Shown one piece after another: positions 27,839-43,470 of a stretch of 64,000 nucleotides of DNA. Position 1 is the stretch's first letter, and each line of letters starts with the position of its first letter. The stretch lies in NCBI GenBank assembly GCA_043228905.1, contig JBHGNT010000053.1, positions 62,001 to 126,000 of the forward strand. Reading direction: 5' to 3'. The position numbers were made by a program, and so were the translations under genes. The notes below the pieces were generated by a model. That model had not been told where the DNA came from. It ran no database searches and worked only from the letters and a program-made list of their open reading frames with translations. The stretch is from Azolla caroliniana. Lineage: Eukaryota > Plantae > Polypodiophyta.

Positions 27839-30800
27839 GTTAGTGTCAAGGTTACTCTACTCAACTTTTTTGTTACACAAGAAGGACTTGAAGAGCAACT
27901 TCTAGGACAGGTTGTGACAAAAGAACGACCAGATCTTGCTGAAATGAAGAATCATCTAACTATTTCCAATGCAAATATGAAACGGGAACTTAAAGAGATT
28001 GAGTCACAAATTCTTCATCTTTTGTCAAAAGCACAAGTTAGTGTCCTCTAAAAATCTGTGACAGGCTTTTCAGTTATTCAATTTTTTAATATTTAATAAG
28101 TAATCTATTGATAGCATGATAATGAAATTTCATATCTATGCATAATTATTTTCAGGGAAACATTCTGGATGATGAAGTCCTTATCAATACTCTTGCTCAG
28201 TCAAAGGTAACATCAAATGTTATCAAAATAAAGGTTGCAGAAGCTGAGAAAACAGAAATAGCCATTGATGAAACAAGAGAGGCATGTATTATTGCTCAAT
28301 ATTATGCTCTAAATGGAATCCCAAAATTGTTAGCGCTGTTGAAATCTATCTGTTTTTGTCTTACAGGGTTACCGTAAAGTCGCAACAAGAGCATCACAAT
28401 TGTTCTTTTGTATATCAGATTTGGTTTCTGTTGATCCCATGTATCAATATAGCCTAACTTGGTTCATATCATTGTTCAATCGAGCTATGGATGGTGCTAC
28501 GCAAGCATCAATAATAGAGAAGAGAGTGCAAAATTTAAATGAGTATTTTACATATTTGCTTTATGTGAATGTGTGCCGGTCGCTCTTTGAAAAGCATAAG
28601 TTGATGTTCTCTCTAATGCTATGTATCAAGATTTTACAGGTTTGAGCATCTCCTATATTTCCACTACTGTCTATGTGTCTTTTCCCAGAACCTATTTTGC
28701 TTCATGTTGAAAATGGGAATTGTAAAGAAAGATATATTAATAACTATTTCCCAATCTTACTGAGACACCATAGGATAAAATGCTTTCATGGGGGCAAACA
28801 TGCAACACAGGCCATTTTTTCCATGTTAAGTAGCTTGAGAGTTCTAGATTTCAAGCTGTAGAATCAGGCACCCTTTTCATACTATACCTATGTAATCCGT
28901 TTTTACTTAGACCATTGCCGTCATTCCAGTGTTAATTTCCTAGCTGTAGGAAGATATTTTCCAAAGTTTTGAGTTTATTTCAAATCTTTTCCATTTTCCC
29001 AGTGTAATAACAGCTTTGTAGTCAATGTTTGGTGTTCTAATTAGATTGAGGATGTTGGTGGTACTAGCAACCACATGCTCTACTAGTGAAATAGTCAAAA
29101 TGAGACAATAGTATTAGATAAAATTTCTGGATTGGACTCAAAAGGCCATTTTGGCATTGTAAAAAACTTTAATAAAAGCTTGCTTTCTTTCTTTCCATCC
29201 TCACTCCATAGATGTAACTGATTGCTGTAAAGAACCTAACTCTCGTAGAGTGCGTAGTGTGTGTGTGAGAGTGGGTGTGTGAGCAAGAGAAGGAATCAGA
29301 GAAAATAAGCATAAATAATCAAATACACAATAGGGGGATGACAGCTTATGCACTGAAGAGAAAACTATATTAATCAACTAAAGATCAACTAAACACAATG
29401 CGTCAAGAGGGTTTTATATACAAATCCTCAAGTGATTGTTGGGAATCTAATCAAGATATCCACTCGAGTGTCTTATATTCGTGGACCACATTTACACGTG
29501 ACAACTAACTAGACATCACAATCTAGTTCTTCGTGTAACTACATAGTTCACACAGATTACAATAAAGTGTGTTTTTCTTCATAAGCACATGTTCAGACAA
29601 GTTGAGCTTGATTCTCAAAAATTGCTAATAATTACTGGATTCACTTCATTGTTTGCAATAGATGCAGAAGGCAATGTGACCGCGCCATTGTTTTTTAGCT
29701 AATAAGATGCAGCTTCTTTTTTGATATAGGAAAAGGGATGTGTAGATCCTGTTGAGTGGCGGTTCTTGCTCGCAGGAGCCACATCATCTACAATGTCACA
29801 GCCTAACCCTGCTCCAGAATGGCTGACTGACAAGGTATTTAAGAAATATTGTGATCTTTCTCTTGAACATGTTTGTATGTTTGTTAAGCATCTTACCAGA
29901 AGTTTGGTTCTGCAGTCATGGATTGAGATATTACAGCTTAGCCAGTCAAAGAATCTCAAAGGTTTTGAGCAGCATTTTATTGAAAACATATCACATTATA
30001 AAAGGATTTTTGATAGCTCAGAAGCTCATCAAGAACCACTTCCAGAAGACTGGAATAACAAATTAAACAAACTGCAAAAATTGCTCATACTTCGGTGTAT
30101 CCGTGTTGATAAGGCACTTCTGGGAATACAGGTACTGACTAGCCTTGATTCATTTGTTAATCTTGATTCATTGGTTTAGGTATCCATCAATGGAATGGTT
30201 AAGCTACCGAATCTTCTCTACATATATTTCATACTAATTTGAAAATAATAACCAAATGTTTTCTATAGGATTTTGTATCGGAAAACCTAGGTCAGCGCTT
30301 TATCGAGCCACCTGCATTTGACCTTGCTGGATGTTATAAAGATGGGTCTCCTTCATCACCGCTCATTTTTGTGCTTTCTTCTGGAGCTGATCCCATGGCT
30401 GATCTCCTGAAGCTAGCAGAAGACCTTCGGTTTACTAAGAAATTTGAGAAGGTATTGAATCCATAGAACTCCCTTTGTTTAAAATACATGTTATGGAGAA
30501 ACTCAGTTTGGGCAAGCTGGTGGCAGATGATTACAAATATAGAAACCCAGTTCTCTCTTAAAATGCTTACATATCATTGCTTTTTCTGTGTTTTATTCCT
30601 AGGTTTCTCTTGGACAAGGTCAAGGACCCAAAGCAGAAAAGCTTCTTGAACTAGGGATGGATCGTGGCATGTGGGTATGCCTTCAGAATTGTCACTTGTC
30701 ACAATCATGGATGCCTGCTCTTGAGCGTATTGTTGATAACATCGATCCAGAAAAGGTAGTACTATAGAATTCAGATTTTTCTTTGAACCAGATTTGAGAA

Positions 30801-32669
30801 TTTCTTTGTTCTTACTTTTAATATTTCATGTTTATACACTCAGGTGCATAAAGACTTTCGGCTCTGGTTAACCAGCATGCCTAGTCCTGATTTCCCTGTT
30901 TCAATTCTTCAAAATGGTGTAAAAATGACTTTGGAACCTCCAAAGGGTTTGAAGTCAAACCTAGCGCGGTCATACATGAGATATACTGACAAGGTCCTGA
31001 ATGACTGTGCCAAACCAGATGTATGGAAGAAGTTTTTGTTTGCGACATGTTTATTCCATGCTGTTATTCAAGAAAGAAGGAAATTTGGTGCTTTAGGATG
31101 GAATATAAGGTATGAATTCACAGATGGAGATCTAGCTGTTTGCCAGACTCAAATTCGGATGTTTCTAAACGAATACAACGAAATTCCGTATAAGGTAGTT
31201 TCCTACACTATTTATCCTGATTCGCCATAGCAAGAGAAATTTTTGTTTTGTCATTGATTGGATGTGTCGATATTCAGGTTATCCGGTTTCTTTGTGGAGA
31301 AATCAACTATGGTGGTCGTGTCACGGATGATAAGGATAGGCGACTTATGAATAATCTGCTTCTCAAGTTTATTATTCCAGAGGTTTTCTACTGTCTCTTA
31401 TCACACAAGCAAAGAAATGTCTTTATATAATTAGTCTTACAGACAAAGAAGCAATCTTGACATTCAATTTACTTAACTCTGATGCAGATTATAGTTGAAA
31501 CAAAACACAGCTTCAGTGAGTCTGGAGTATATATTATCCCTGATGCAACAAATGTCAATGGATTTGCCGCATACATTAAAGAGCTTCCACTGGCGCCAAA
31601 GCCAGAGATATTTGGTCTTCATGAGAATGCTGACATCACATGTGATCAAAATGAATCATATGATGTTTTTAACACATTATTATCATTTCAACCAAGAGAA
31701 AGAGCGACTGGAACAGGTGGCATGTCACGAGAGGAGACCATTGAGAAGTCATGCCAGGATATTCTTGCTAAGCTACCCCCTATATATGATGTTGAAGATG
31801 TTCTACGCAAATATCCAACAATGTATACAGAGAGTATGAACACAGTTCTGACACAAGAATGCATCAGATACAATGGCTTGCTCAATGTCATGCGGGTCTC
31901 CTTGAGAGAAGTACTAAAAGCACTGAAGGGGTTAGTGATGATGTCTCCTGACTTGGAAATGCTTTGCACTAGCATCTTCAACAATCAGGTTATCACCACT
32001 CTCAATATGTATGTTTAGTTTATTCACAATAGTCGTTTGCCGCATGGAAATGACCTTAATTATATTAAAATTTTCAGGTTCCAGACCTTTGGGCAAGCAA
32101 AGCCTATCCATCATTAAAGCCACTTGCTTCATGGGTGATAGATCTCCTTCAGAGAACAGAATTCATACAAGAATGGATAGATAAGGGGGCCCCTGCTGTA
32201 TACTGGATATCTGGGTTCTTTTTCCCTCAGGTAGGACTTCAGTATTACGTTCAGTATTATGTTCAAAAAACAATAAATGAAATGTTTCGTGACCTACACA
32301 AGTGTACTCAACAATGTCAATTTGACGCCTAAGAGTAAATGGGAACCTTGTTTTCAGGCCTTCTTGACAGGAACCCTTCAGAATTTTGCAAGAAAGTATA
32401 GATATCCCATCGATACTGTTGGCTTTGATTTCATCGTTGAAGATAGTCAAACAGCTAAAACAATCCAAAAACCACCTGAAGATGGATGTTATATCCGAGG
32501 TTTATTTCTTGAAGGATGTCGTTGGGATTATCAAGAACATATGTTGACAGAGTCTAGACCAAAGGAATTATATAGTGAGCTCCCGATTATGTGGCTAAAG
32601 CCTGTGCAGTTCAGAAAACCTCCAGAGAGCGGTATCTATGAATGTCCTGTTTACAAGACATTATTACGT

Positions 32670-32726
<57 letters not shown>

Positions 32727-32956
32727 GAAGCTAATATATCTTTCTCTCTCTCAAAATATAGCTAACAAGTAAAATTATTCTTGTAACTTCTCTTTTTGTA
32801 TTTGTGTGAATGTTAAAAATGTTACCATGTGCAGGAACTTTGTCAACAACTGGTCATTCAACAAACTTTGTGATGTATTTGGAATTGCCGACTGATAAGC
32901 CCCAATCACATTGGATAAATCGTGGAGTCGGCCTCTTTACATCGCTTGCATACTAA
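27839..32956 (+). pseudogene. 5'-truncated axonemal dynein heavy chain gene fragment (end of AAA5 to C-terminus), copy 2
   Basis: The first exon at 27839 begins VSVKVTLLNFFVTQEGLEEQLLGQVVTKERPDL, followed by GNILDDEVLI and VDPMYQYSLTWF exons, then the same exons as copy 1. Upstream lie an LTR and a LINE rather than further dynein exons. Confidence 0.9.
29213..29561. mobile_element. Probable solo LTR in a dynein intron (also 58872-59220)
   Basis: TGTAA...TTACA inverted termini, 349 bp, with near-matching 5-bp flanks ataga / ataaa. Confidence 0.6.
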
Positions 32957-35900
32957 TACAATGAGGCAATCTCTACCATTTCCATTCTATGGAGGACGAT
33001 TTCAAGAGGTTTTTAAATGGTTGTATTACAACTTTTCGTGCTTGACATTTCAAGAGCCAACTTCTATTTTAAAGTCATCTTTTTTATAAATGGGATTCTT
33101 CAAAAAATAGAGCTTGGGGATTGGATTTCTCAACGTACTTGCAGCAAAATCAAAAGCATTGGAATTCGCAAATGGTGTTTCAAGAGTATTTACAGAGTCT
33201 ACAATAGACGACATGCAATGTTTGTTGAAGTTTGGAAAAGGGTAAGTTGAGAGATAAATATCGCTTTTCTCCGAGTTCGGATAAAGGATGTAATCATCAA
33301 CAATCTATGCGTTATTAAGCTTTGTACATGTTGAGGTGCCTCTATAGATTTACATTCTCATGCAAACTTTTCCCATATGGCATTCGTTATTGCGATGTAT
33401 TTCGAGTAAAAACATTGTAACTTCTTGGTTGGGGAAACTAGTGAAGTATATTGCATATAGTGAGATTCCGCTACATATGCATGGGTTTCCAAACACGTGA
33501 AAAATACACTTTGTAATATTTTCAAATTTACAAAGGGTATTTTCAAATATTACAAAAAGTATTTTTCACATTGCCCTTCATACCATACCATACCAAATTA
33601 AACCAAATCAAACATACTATAGCATACCAAACCAAATTAAACTAAATCAAACATACCATACCATACCATACCAAATTAAACCAAATCAAACATACTATAG
33701 CATACCAAACCAAATTAAACTAAATCAAACATACCATACCATACCAAATTAAACCAAATCAAACATACTATAGCATACCAAACCAAATTAAACTAAATCA
33801 AACATACCATACCATACCAAACCAAATTAAACTAAATCAAACATACCATACCATACCAAATTAAACCAAATCAAACATACCTGTAGGCAACAAGAACTTA
33901 AATGTTGAACGTCTGTTAAATTAATGGGTAAACCAATAATGCTGATATTAACAAAACTTGTCTATTAAATGCAAAAAAGGGATCTATGAAAAGCTGATTA
34001 CAGATGTAATCTGGCTACGGATTAAAATCGTTGAAAGCGCCCTCAACTAATGGTAAGCTATGTAGGAGACATGTGGGGTGTACATGAGAGAGATCTAAAA
34101 ACTCTTACATGGGAGAGCTCACTCTAATCCTTTGGAAATCTGGAGCCTAGTAAAATTATTACTGTTTGCTGTTTTCCCCAATGGATCCAGAGAGAGTACT
34201 TTCAAAAAATTTAAGATTCCAGTCATCTTACATGCTGGACACATGAACACACACTGATTGTACTTGATGTTTAATAGAACTATGTGTGAGGGTTTATTGA
34301 GACTCAGGGTACACCCCCCATTATTGTGCCTATTCTCCAGACATGAGACCCTTCCTTTACGATTAACTATTGCATTATCATCGGTTGCATAAAAACTTGG
34401 CATTATCATCTGTTTCTCAGGTTTCCTACATATACCATTTTCCCTTCATAGACCAAAACATTTAACTGTTGATCATTTCGTTAACTAAAACTTATTATGG
34501 TAAAAATTCAACTTCAAAGGAAAACGCTATATTGTTGTTTTGTGGACTTCAAGAAAGCCTTTGACACTATACCAGGGAGTGAGCTTGGGAAAAGAATGAT
34601 AGAGATAAGAATGTCATTAGTGTATAGAGCAGTTGTAGCACAATTGTATGAGCAAGTTGCCAATTGAAAATGGATAGTAGTTTCTCAAACTACTTTTTGA
34701 GCAAAATAGGGGTCAAAGCAAGGGTGTCCACTCTCTCCCACACTCTTTGGTCTATGCATCGATATCCCACTAGTAACCTATATGAGCAAGTTAAGTGCAA
34801 ATTGAAAGTAGATAGTGGTTTGCCAAACTACGTTTTGAGCATCATGGGTATCAAGCAAGGGTATCCATTCTCTCTTACACTCTTTGGTCTATACATCGTT
34901 AAAATTGAAAAAATAGTAAAGTAAGGTTGCAAAAGAAAAAGAATCGGATGGCCTAAAACTCATACATGAGCTCTCCTATATGCTAATGATGTTTTTGTAA
35001 AGAACTAGAAGACAGAATGACAGTTTTCTGAAATATCTAAAGGTAGAGATATAGAAACTAAAACAATTATGGGGTTTAACACATAGGAGGGATTAAAGAA
35101 GTAGAAGTATTTTTACAAAATAAAAGCCTACCATTGAAAAAACATACAAGATAGGAGTGCACACACACATATATATATATGCGCTATCCAAGATACATAG
35201 AATATGCTTTTAGAAAAGGTGCTTTAAATGCTGATGGGACAGCTAAGTCATGGCCTCATAAATACCTATTCTATGCTGAGTGGGAATCTTGTCCAAGTAT
35301 CTCATTCAAAGTATAGAATATTCTTTTAGAAGTTGTAGTACAGTTCTGAAAACGAGACTGTACAACTTTAACATAAAATAGAAAATATTAAATAATATAA
35401 AAACATTTTTCTAGTTTAGTTAGAGAAACCTAAAGGGCCCTTAATCCCAAGAGTTTTATTCCAATATACTTTGGATGATATGCAATACGTACTTGATGTA
35501 TTTGGATACATTTTGTCAAATCAATGGACTATTGTTAATGATGGCAATAAAGGTGATACAACTCAGACATTACCCCACTTTACATGCAAGAGAGAAGTTA
35601 GAACCAAAACAAGTGGTGCAAAGCATCAAATATCTATGTATGCTATGACAAGTGTGCTGGAATGTATTAAAGTTCCATCGACAAATAGATAGAATGTATG
35701 CTATGAGTCTAGGCTTCAAGTGTGCTAGAATAGTTATTATATGTTTGAGAATCAATGCAACCAAAGTGATACTCGAAGATGGGAAGTGAGATAATGTTAT
35801 TCAATGCTATGTTGGTCCAAATGTTGTGTTATGGAGTGAGAGTGTGAGGTGGCACTATCTCACTTAGTGCATGGAATGAACTAGATAAAATCCATAAATT

Positions 35901-36860
35901 ATAACTTGACAAGCTATTAGAAACAAGTGATCTATAGAGGTACAAGCCATGCAAAGAGTATTCAAGTATATCACAAAAGCCAAGAATATGCCTGGCCATA
36001 AATTGCCAAAACAAGCTGGAACATAGGATGCAAGGTACACAAACCAAGAAGAGCAAAATCTTCTTATCTAGTTGGATGCTTGACATGATGAAATGGTTTA
36101 TGAGATGGGTAGTAAAAGATCTGTTGGTGCTCTCAAGTGATGCTATGAAGCATGTGATCAGCACGGATAGATTACTAGAGGCAGTAAGGATGAAGTGGCA
36201 AGATGCTAAAATGTCGAAATTGGAATATTGCAAATATTAACCCAATTTTGTCACCAATACAGGGTAAAAATGCCAGAATGTATCCTATCACATCTCACTA
36301 TCCCCATGAGCCCAGAGAACATTAACACTCTTCAAACTTGCTCACACAAGTTAAGTGTTGATGTAGCATCATGGCATCCATCACCCAAATATGTAGATAT
36401 GCAAGGTATGCAATAAAACCTGAGGAGGCTGAATCAGTTACATACTTATCCCATGCTCAGTGTATAAGGTAATTCACGAGAAATATGATGACTTGTTAGA
36501 CGGGTATGATAATGTAAGTCTCATACTCAAATGTCCATCAACAATGTTGAGCATAAATATGCGTGCATTATTTTCACATCTAGAGTTTTTACTCCAACGT
36601 AATAACCCCCCTTCTTAGGAAGGAGTCACATACAACATGATATGTTGATTTGATCCCATGGGCCATACGTCAAAATTCACTTCCTCATGGACAATAAAAT
36701 ATCTATTCTATTGCCTTAGTGGTACAACATGATTTTCCATCCATGTGTACCACATTGTAGTTCATACACATTACCTCATCTCACTCATTTCAGTTGAAGA
36801 AAATATGAAGGATTAAATAGAATAAGTATAACAAAAAAGCCAAAGCCAAGGTAGTTCTAC

Positions 36861-39800
36861 CTGCTTGCGGAACCTGCTGATATTACGTTTTGTTGTCAAA
36901 CTTGGATGAGCTCCTGTCTAACAAGTATTATAAAATATATATATTACCATATGTGCAAATGCTCATAATTGAACAAATGGCTTATATATCACAAACAATG
37001 ACCTTTCATTTTACCTCAATTGCATATTGTTCAGCAGGTAATCCAAAAGCATCCCAACCCATTCCCATTGGATGAAGAACATTAAACCCTTGCATGCGTT
37101 TGTACCTTGCAATAATATCAGTGGCTGTATAACCTTCAGGGTGTCCAACATGAAGACCTGATCCACTGTTAAACAGTCATGACCATGTAAATCATTAAGG
37201 GTTGATAAACCAAAACATAACATAATCAAACACCAGAGTAGAAAGAAAGAAAGAGTGTCCAACATGAAGACCTGCCCCATTATCGAACATTCATGACAAT
37301 GCAAATCATCAAGCATTAATAAACTTAGATATCCCACACTAAACACCATAGTAGAAAGAAAGAAAGCTATATAACATATTTTAAGAGGCCAAAATAGTCT
37401 ATAAACTGAACAGAAATCTTTGGGAACAAAATGTTTTCTCGTCTTTGGGAAAAACAAATCAAAATAATTATTGAGGAAACTGTTATGACAGTAGTAGGGT
37501 GCCAAAGAGCCTAGCACAAACAGAGAAAATTATACTAAAAAGCAACTATATTTCTTAGTGAGCCTCAAAGCCTTTAAATAGAGTGGGGTTTGTAACTGAT
37601 ACATTTATGAAAGGGGATAACATGTGCCTAGGAGCATAATGAGTAAAAGTCGTAAAGTAGTGGGGAGAAAAAACAATGTAGTAAATGTTGTAATGAAGTA
37701 CTGGCAGGATTAGAAAGTCAAATGAGATAATTGATGGAATAAAGTGAATCTAGAGAGAGAAATGTGTAGTGTGCGTGTGTGCAGAAGGGAAAGATTAGTT
37801 CTAAGGCTGTCATCCTCCACCACCTCGGCTCCAGAATGGTGCTCCTAATTTGAGATGAATAAAGGGCTGATCAATTGTGTCCTTAGGAAGTGCCTTGTTA
37901 AAGAAGCCAGCCACATTGCCATAGATTACTTGCTATACCCAAGAAACTTGCATTTCTTACTCTTGGATTCAAATTTAGTAAGTGTAGTATCTGAAATATG
38001 AACATATTCATCAGATTCAAACACCCAAAGATGAGAAACTAAGAATTTGTGACCTGTAAATGCCTCTTCAAGGATCATTTCAGCAAGTGCCTTAGTAGGA
38101 GAATAGTTGATGATATAGACAGCTGTGTCGATAGCTTCACCCAAAAATGGAGAGAAAGATCAGATTGAGACAACACTCTCACCATTTCTTAACTGTCTTG
38201 TTCTTCCTTTCTACTACTAATTTTGTTGTGGAGAATTGGGGACAGAAAACTGACAAGCAATACCTTGTTGCCAAGAAAAGATACTAACAGAACATGAAAT
38301 AAATTCACCACCATTGTTAGCTCTGATTTTGTTAACCTTCTTGAAGGTCTTTGTTTCAACTAGAGACACCCATTCTTGAAACCTAGAGAGTGCTTCAAAT
38401 TTGGTTGAAGGTATGTGAACTCAGACTAGCTCCAAAATGGATGTGGCACAATAAGTTGCTTGAGAGAGAAATGGTTCTCAGTGGTGCTTCCCATGTGCAC
38501 AAGCCACACATGAGGTATTGAAGAAATTTGAATGAGGAAGGCCATGCACCATTTGGGATGACGAGAGTCATAGTTGTGATGCCCAAAAGCAAGCACACAA
38601 CAGCTACGGATCTTCTTGAGCTACTACGACATAACTTCAATGCAGATGTTATAGTAGATGAGACTTGGAGGATGGTAATGAGCTGTTGGAGCCGTGACGG
38701 TGACACAAGTCCATTTCCTTTTTATCACTGGTGGAAATTTGTAGGTTGTTGATGTCATCTCCAACTTAAGAGTTATTCAGATTATACATTTTGTTGACTA
38801 GAAGGAAAATTCAAAATGCATTACCCATGGATGAAGCCTCAAGCACCAACAGTAGGTTAGATGAAAGACAAGGTACAGATAATACATTTTGAATCATAGT
38901 TGTTTGTTGACCAGAAAGAGAATTCAAAAATACATTACTCATGTGTGAGGCCTCGGGACTTGAGGCATCTGCAATAGAAATGTGTGAGCTGTGAGGTCGA
39001 ATATAACACAAGATAGACCTGTCAAGAGTCATATGACTTGTGCAAGCACTCTCCATAATCCAATGATCAAGAGAGGATACACTTCAGCTAGTCATAGGGG
39101 AAGAATTAAAGATGACACCCTAAGAAAGTTGTTTCTTTGGCAGTACATCTAGTGTTTGATCACAATACAAACCTAGGGTTGGTTGAGGATGGCTTTGTGG
39201 AATCATCCCTTTCATTTTCTAGCAATCAGGTTGGATGTGGACTTAATTATCCCAATGGCGATAAGTAAGATCTTTATGGGCTGGATTGTTGGTTGGTTTT
39301 GAAGAAGATTTATTAATGTTAGGAGATGCATTCTATTTGCCTTTGCCTTTATAATAGAGAAGATGCTACCTGTATCCAACGTCTTTGCCAATTACAGTAG
39401 GAAGATATACACGAATACCTCTAGAAGAAAGAATTTGCCAATTATGTCATCAAGGAGTGGAATCCGAAGCACGCTATGTTTGACACTGTAGTGTCTTTTA
39501 TGAAATCAGAGGGAGATGCCATTGCCTCTTTAAACAAGGCTTTGGCCCGCTACGTAAGGTAATGGAATATTAGGACCAACGGTGCCTAGGTCTTTTCTTA
39601 CTAGAACTCAAGAGACAGAGGGAAGCATTTGTAGTGTGATAGGGTAGCTCAAGACTTCTTCAAATCAGTTAGAGATTGAGATAGGAAAATATGCATGCAA
39701 ATCTATTGAAGAATAAATCTGCCAATTACGCCATTGGGAGTGAAATTGGAAAGCATTAAGTTAGTCATGGCTTTGGTTTTTAGTTTTAAAAAAAGGAGGG

Positions 39801-40970
39801 AGATACCATTGCCTTTTTAAACAAAGCTTTGACCCAGTACAGAAGGTCAAGTGTGTTTAGGATTGTTCTCACAAGAATTCAAGAGACATAGTGAGAAGTT
39901 GTTGACGGACAACAACACAGCCACAACAGCTTATCGACGAAGGGCCATTACAGCTTGATTTTTCTCCATCACTCAATGCTACAAGTCAATCAGTTGGCTA
40001 CACATGTGGAGTCTTGGCCAGGACACTTGAATGGGGTTAAATAGATTGGGCAATAGCAAATTGTCTTGTCATCTAGGCCACAGCATCTATCACCTTTGTA
40101 AGAACTAGAAGATAGAACGAAAGTTTTCTGAAATACTTAAAGGCAAAGATATAGAAACCAAAAACAAATATGGGGTTTCACACATAGAAAAGATTAAAGA
40201 AAGCAGAAGCAGATCTGCAAAATAAAAGGCCACTACTTAAAAAGCAATGTACAAGGTAGAAGTGCCCCATCTGCTCTCAGCCTGACCCACATGAATTGAC
40301 CAGTCTCATCTCTATGAAAAATGTGGGTCAGAGGTTCTAACTCCTCTGTGAAAAGCAATGAAACTCCACTAGCCCAGTGATCCCCCCATATGTTGTCTGC
40401 AAGTGAGCTCCCATATGTATCCTATATCATTCTCGGAGGAGGATTACCCGATGCATCTCGACATAAGTTTACCAGAGATTTTGTTAGTGTGTCTAATTGG
40501 AGGGAATGAGGACTGAGTGTATACCTAGGATAGGGGAACATGTCGAGGACATAGAATTTAGGCTTTGAAGTGTCGACGGTGTCAGGAGTGTGGAACGTCT
40601 GGTTGGCTTCCCAGAAATGTTGCCATTTCTGTTCGATGACATGGAAGGGATAAGCTTTTCTGAGAGGAAGCAATGGAGTAGTTGGGCCACTTTCGGCGTC
40701 AGTTGAGGAAGTGGCGATGCTACAGAAGAGAGTGCGGCTTGACGTCCTTCTTCTTCTCCCACCGAACTGCTGGAACAACAAGTTGCAGCTAGTTGTGGCC
40801 TTGCAAGGTCGTGAGAGGATATTGAGGCAGCAAAGGGGACGCCTGAGGAGGAAAGAGGTGCAGCAGTTGAGGGAGGAGCTCAACATGCCGCCTTCCTGCA
40901 GGTGCTGCCAAGCTGGGATACTACTGCTCGCCATAGCCATAGCCATAGCCATAGCCATAGCCATAGCCAT
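36861..40970 (-). pseudogene. Organellar leucyl-tRNA synthetase 5' fragment, copy 2
   Basis: Same as 7247-11356 at +29,614. Confidence 0.9.
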
Positions 40971-43400
40971 AGCTGCTCACTCACTCGTGGACATTAATTC
41001 ATTCATTATTCATATATCTATGTACATATATCATCATCATCAAAATCATCATCATCATCTCTGTGTGGTCGGTCGGTCACGCAGACCAAAATACATGAAC
41101 ATACATATGTACATACATTCTTCATTTCTTTCTTATCTATCTAGTATCTAGTCAAGGGAGTTATTAAGAAGTTTTACAAGAGAACCATTTCGAATGCAAG
41201 TGGGCGGGCAATCACACACAAGAATCAACCAAACTCGTTAGTGCGGCTCTTTTATTGACACAACTATCAATAATTATTGACATAAAAGAGTTGATAGTTG
41301 TGTCAATAATTATTGACACAACTATCAACTCTTTTATGCATGGACAACAATTGGGGCAACCACAAAGGAGTCCATCCATCTCCCCATAACAATAGAACAT
41401 GATGGATGTCCTATGTTGGTGGTGATGCAACATCCACATCTAACAACACTTGTGATGCATTATCGACCTCGAGAGCTCACCAATGACACTTTGGAGGCAA
41501 TTTTAGTAATGACAAATAGTGTTTCACTCTTTGCGCTCATATACAACACTACTACTAGCCCATCCAATGACAAAGCTTGGTATGCCCGATCGATAACATT
41601 TGCTCCAACTCTCCTTGCGTCAACTCCCAGATGACAAGAAATCAAAGCTCAAGTTTATCATTTGGACACGAAACAGGTGTCTCCAAACTATCATCGTGAT
41701 CCTCTCCAATAAGATCCTTTGAGGAAATCATGGTGTCCTTGATTTGGGGATGGTGACTATGTGAACAGACATTCAAACATATGGCAAACTAACCACTTGT
41801 TTCAATATCTTACTTGGGTGTTATACAAAAGCGCATCGTATGCATGCATGTGTAGGTGGAAACTCGTTGACATTGTGGACTAGGAAATGGGTGGGATGAT
41901 CCAATATATATCAAAGAATGCATAGCGCGTGGGGTGTTGGAACAAAGAATATGTGAATCAGTATCTTGGCTTGTGAGATTTCAAACCTCCAACGCCTATG
42001 TTAGAAACAAGATGCTTCAAATTATTGAGCAAGGAACGATATATAACGTAAAATAACAACCAAGCAAGCAAGGATACACAGGTATGAATGAATGTATGAT
42101 TTATCTTGAGCTTTTTAAGATATATTGTGTGCCTATAAGAGATTTGTTGAAGTTGGGGAGATATTTACAAGGGACACAATTGCATGCGAAGGAATTTAAG
42201 GGGAGATTGTGGAACATTCAAAAGCTAAAACATGGTGGCGAATAATGTGTCTTGTTGAAAGGAAAGTAGGGCAAGACAATCAAAGTGTTATCATAAACTC
42301 AAAGTCACGAAGATACACATGGCAAACATTTGGTGTTTGGCAATGCCTCTTATTAAATTTTGAAGGTGAAACTCCATCATGGGTTGTCTCTAATTAGTAG
42401 AAGATATTCTCTTAAAAAATCATTTGCATTGGGTAGGAGACATAGGAGTGAGAGGAAGTGAATTGTTGGAGGTGATTGTCAACGAAGTATGCCATGATCC
42501 ACACAAAATGCCCAACCATGGGCATCACATCGAAAAGTTGACTAGTTGAGAGTGAAGCACACCTTTGGTGAGCATTGTGAAAATCTTACCATGTTCATCT
42601 ATGTGGAAGAGGATAGAAGTTGGGACTGGTGGATATGTAGCCAAGAGTCGGTTGAACAATTTATCAATGACGCAACCATCTAATTAAGGTTAACCCTCCA
42701 AGGTGGTTATTTATCGGGGGGCTTCAAAAGGAAGTTTTGAACCTAATGAGCTTGACCCAACTCTAGGGACACAATTATCAATCAAGTTGTTGGTTGTCAA
42801 CATACAACATTGGGTATAAGAGCATATCAATTTGTTGTTCAATGGAACTTCAAGGTAAAAGTGCGAGAGATGTGTGATGAGGGGTAGTTCAAAAAGCTCA
42901 TGGTAATAAGCAAGAGGAACAACAAAATGTTTGTTGTTGTCCTCATTCCATTTTGTCCACATATTCCGGGAGTGTGCCATTGAGCTTGAACCAATAATTG
43001 GCCATAAAAACAATTGGCATTGAAGCTTTGGATGAATAATTAGAGCTTGAGTTTCACAATGTGAAGATGAGGATGACAATTGTCGGTGGAGGGGTCCGTC
43101 AATGAGAGGAACGTCCTTAAGCAAAAAATTTACTAATGTAGGTTCCAAATGATGAAAAACAATGTGTTAGGCGTGATGCTTGCAAGTGGGGTTGTGGTTT
43201 GTGTCTTATTTGCAGAAATGGGTGTCAAGGACGTGTAATCTTGACTCACAACATGTGGGATGTTGAGTGAAATGAATATGAAGCCCTCCATAGAAAATAC
43301 GATCTAGCCTTTTCTGTTATTAACCGTTCGGTTGTAGCAAGGAGTGCGGGCGACTTTGTGATATAGTAGATAATGTAATAGTCAAAGAAGATATTCTAAG

Positions 43401-43470
<70 letters not shown>

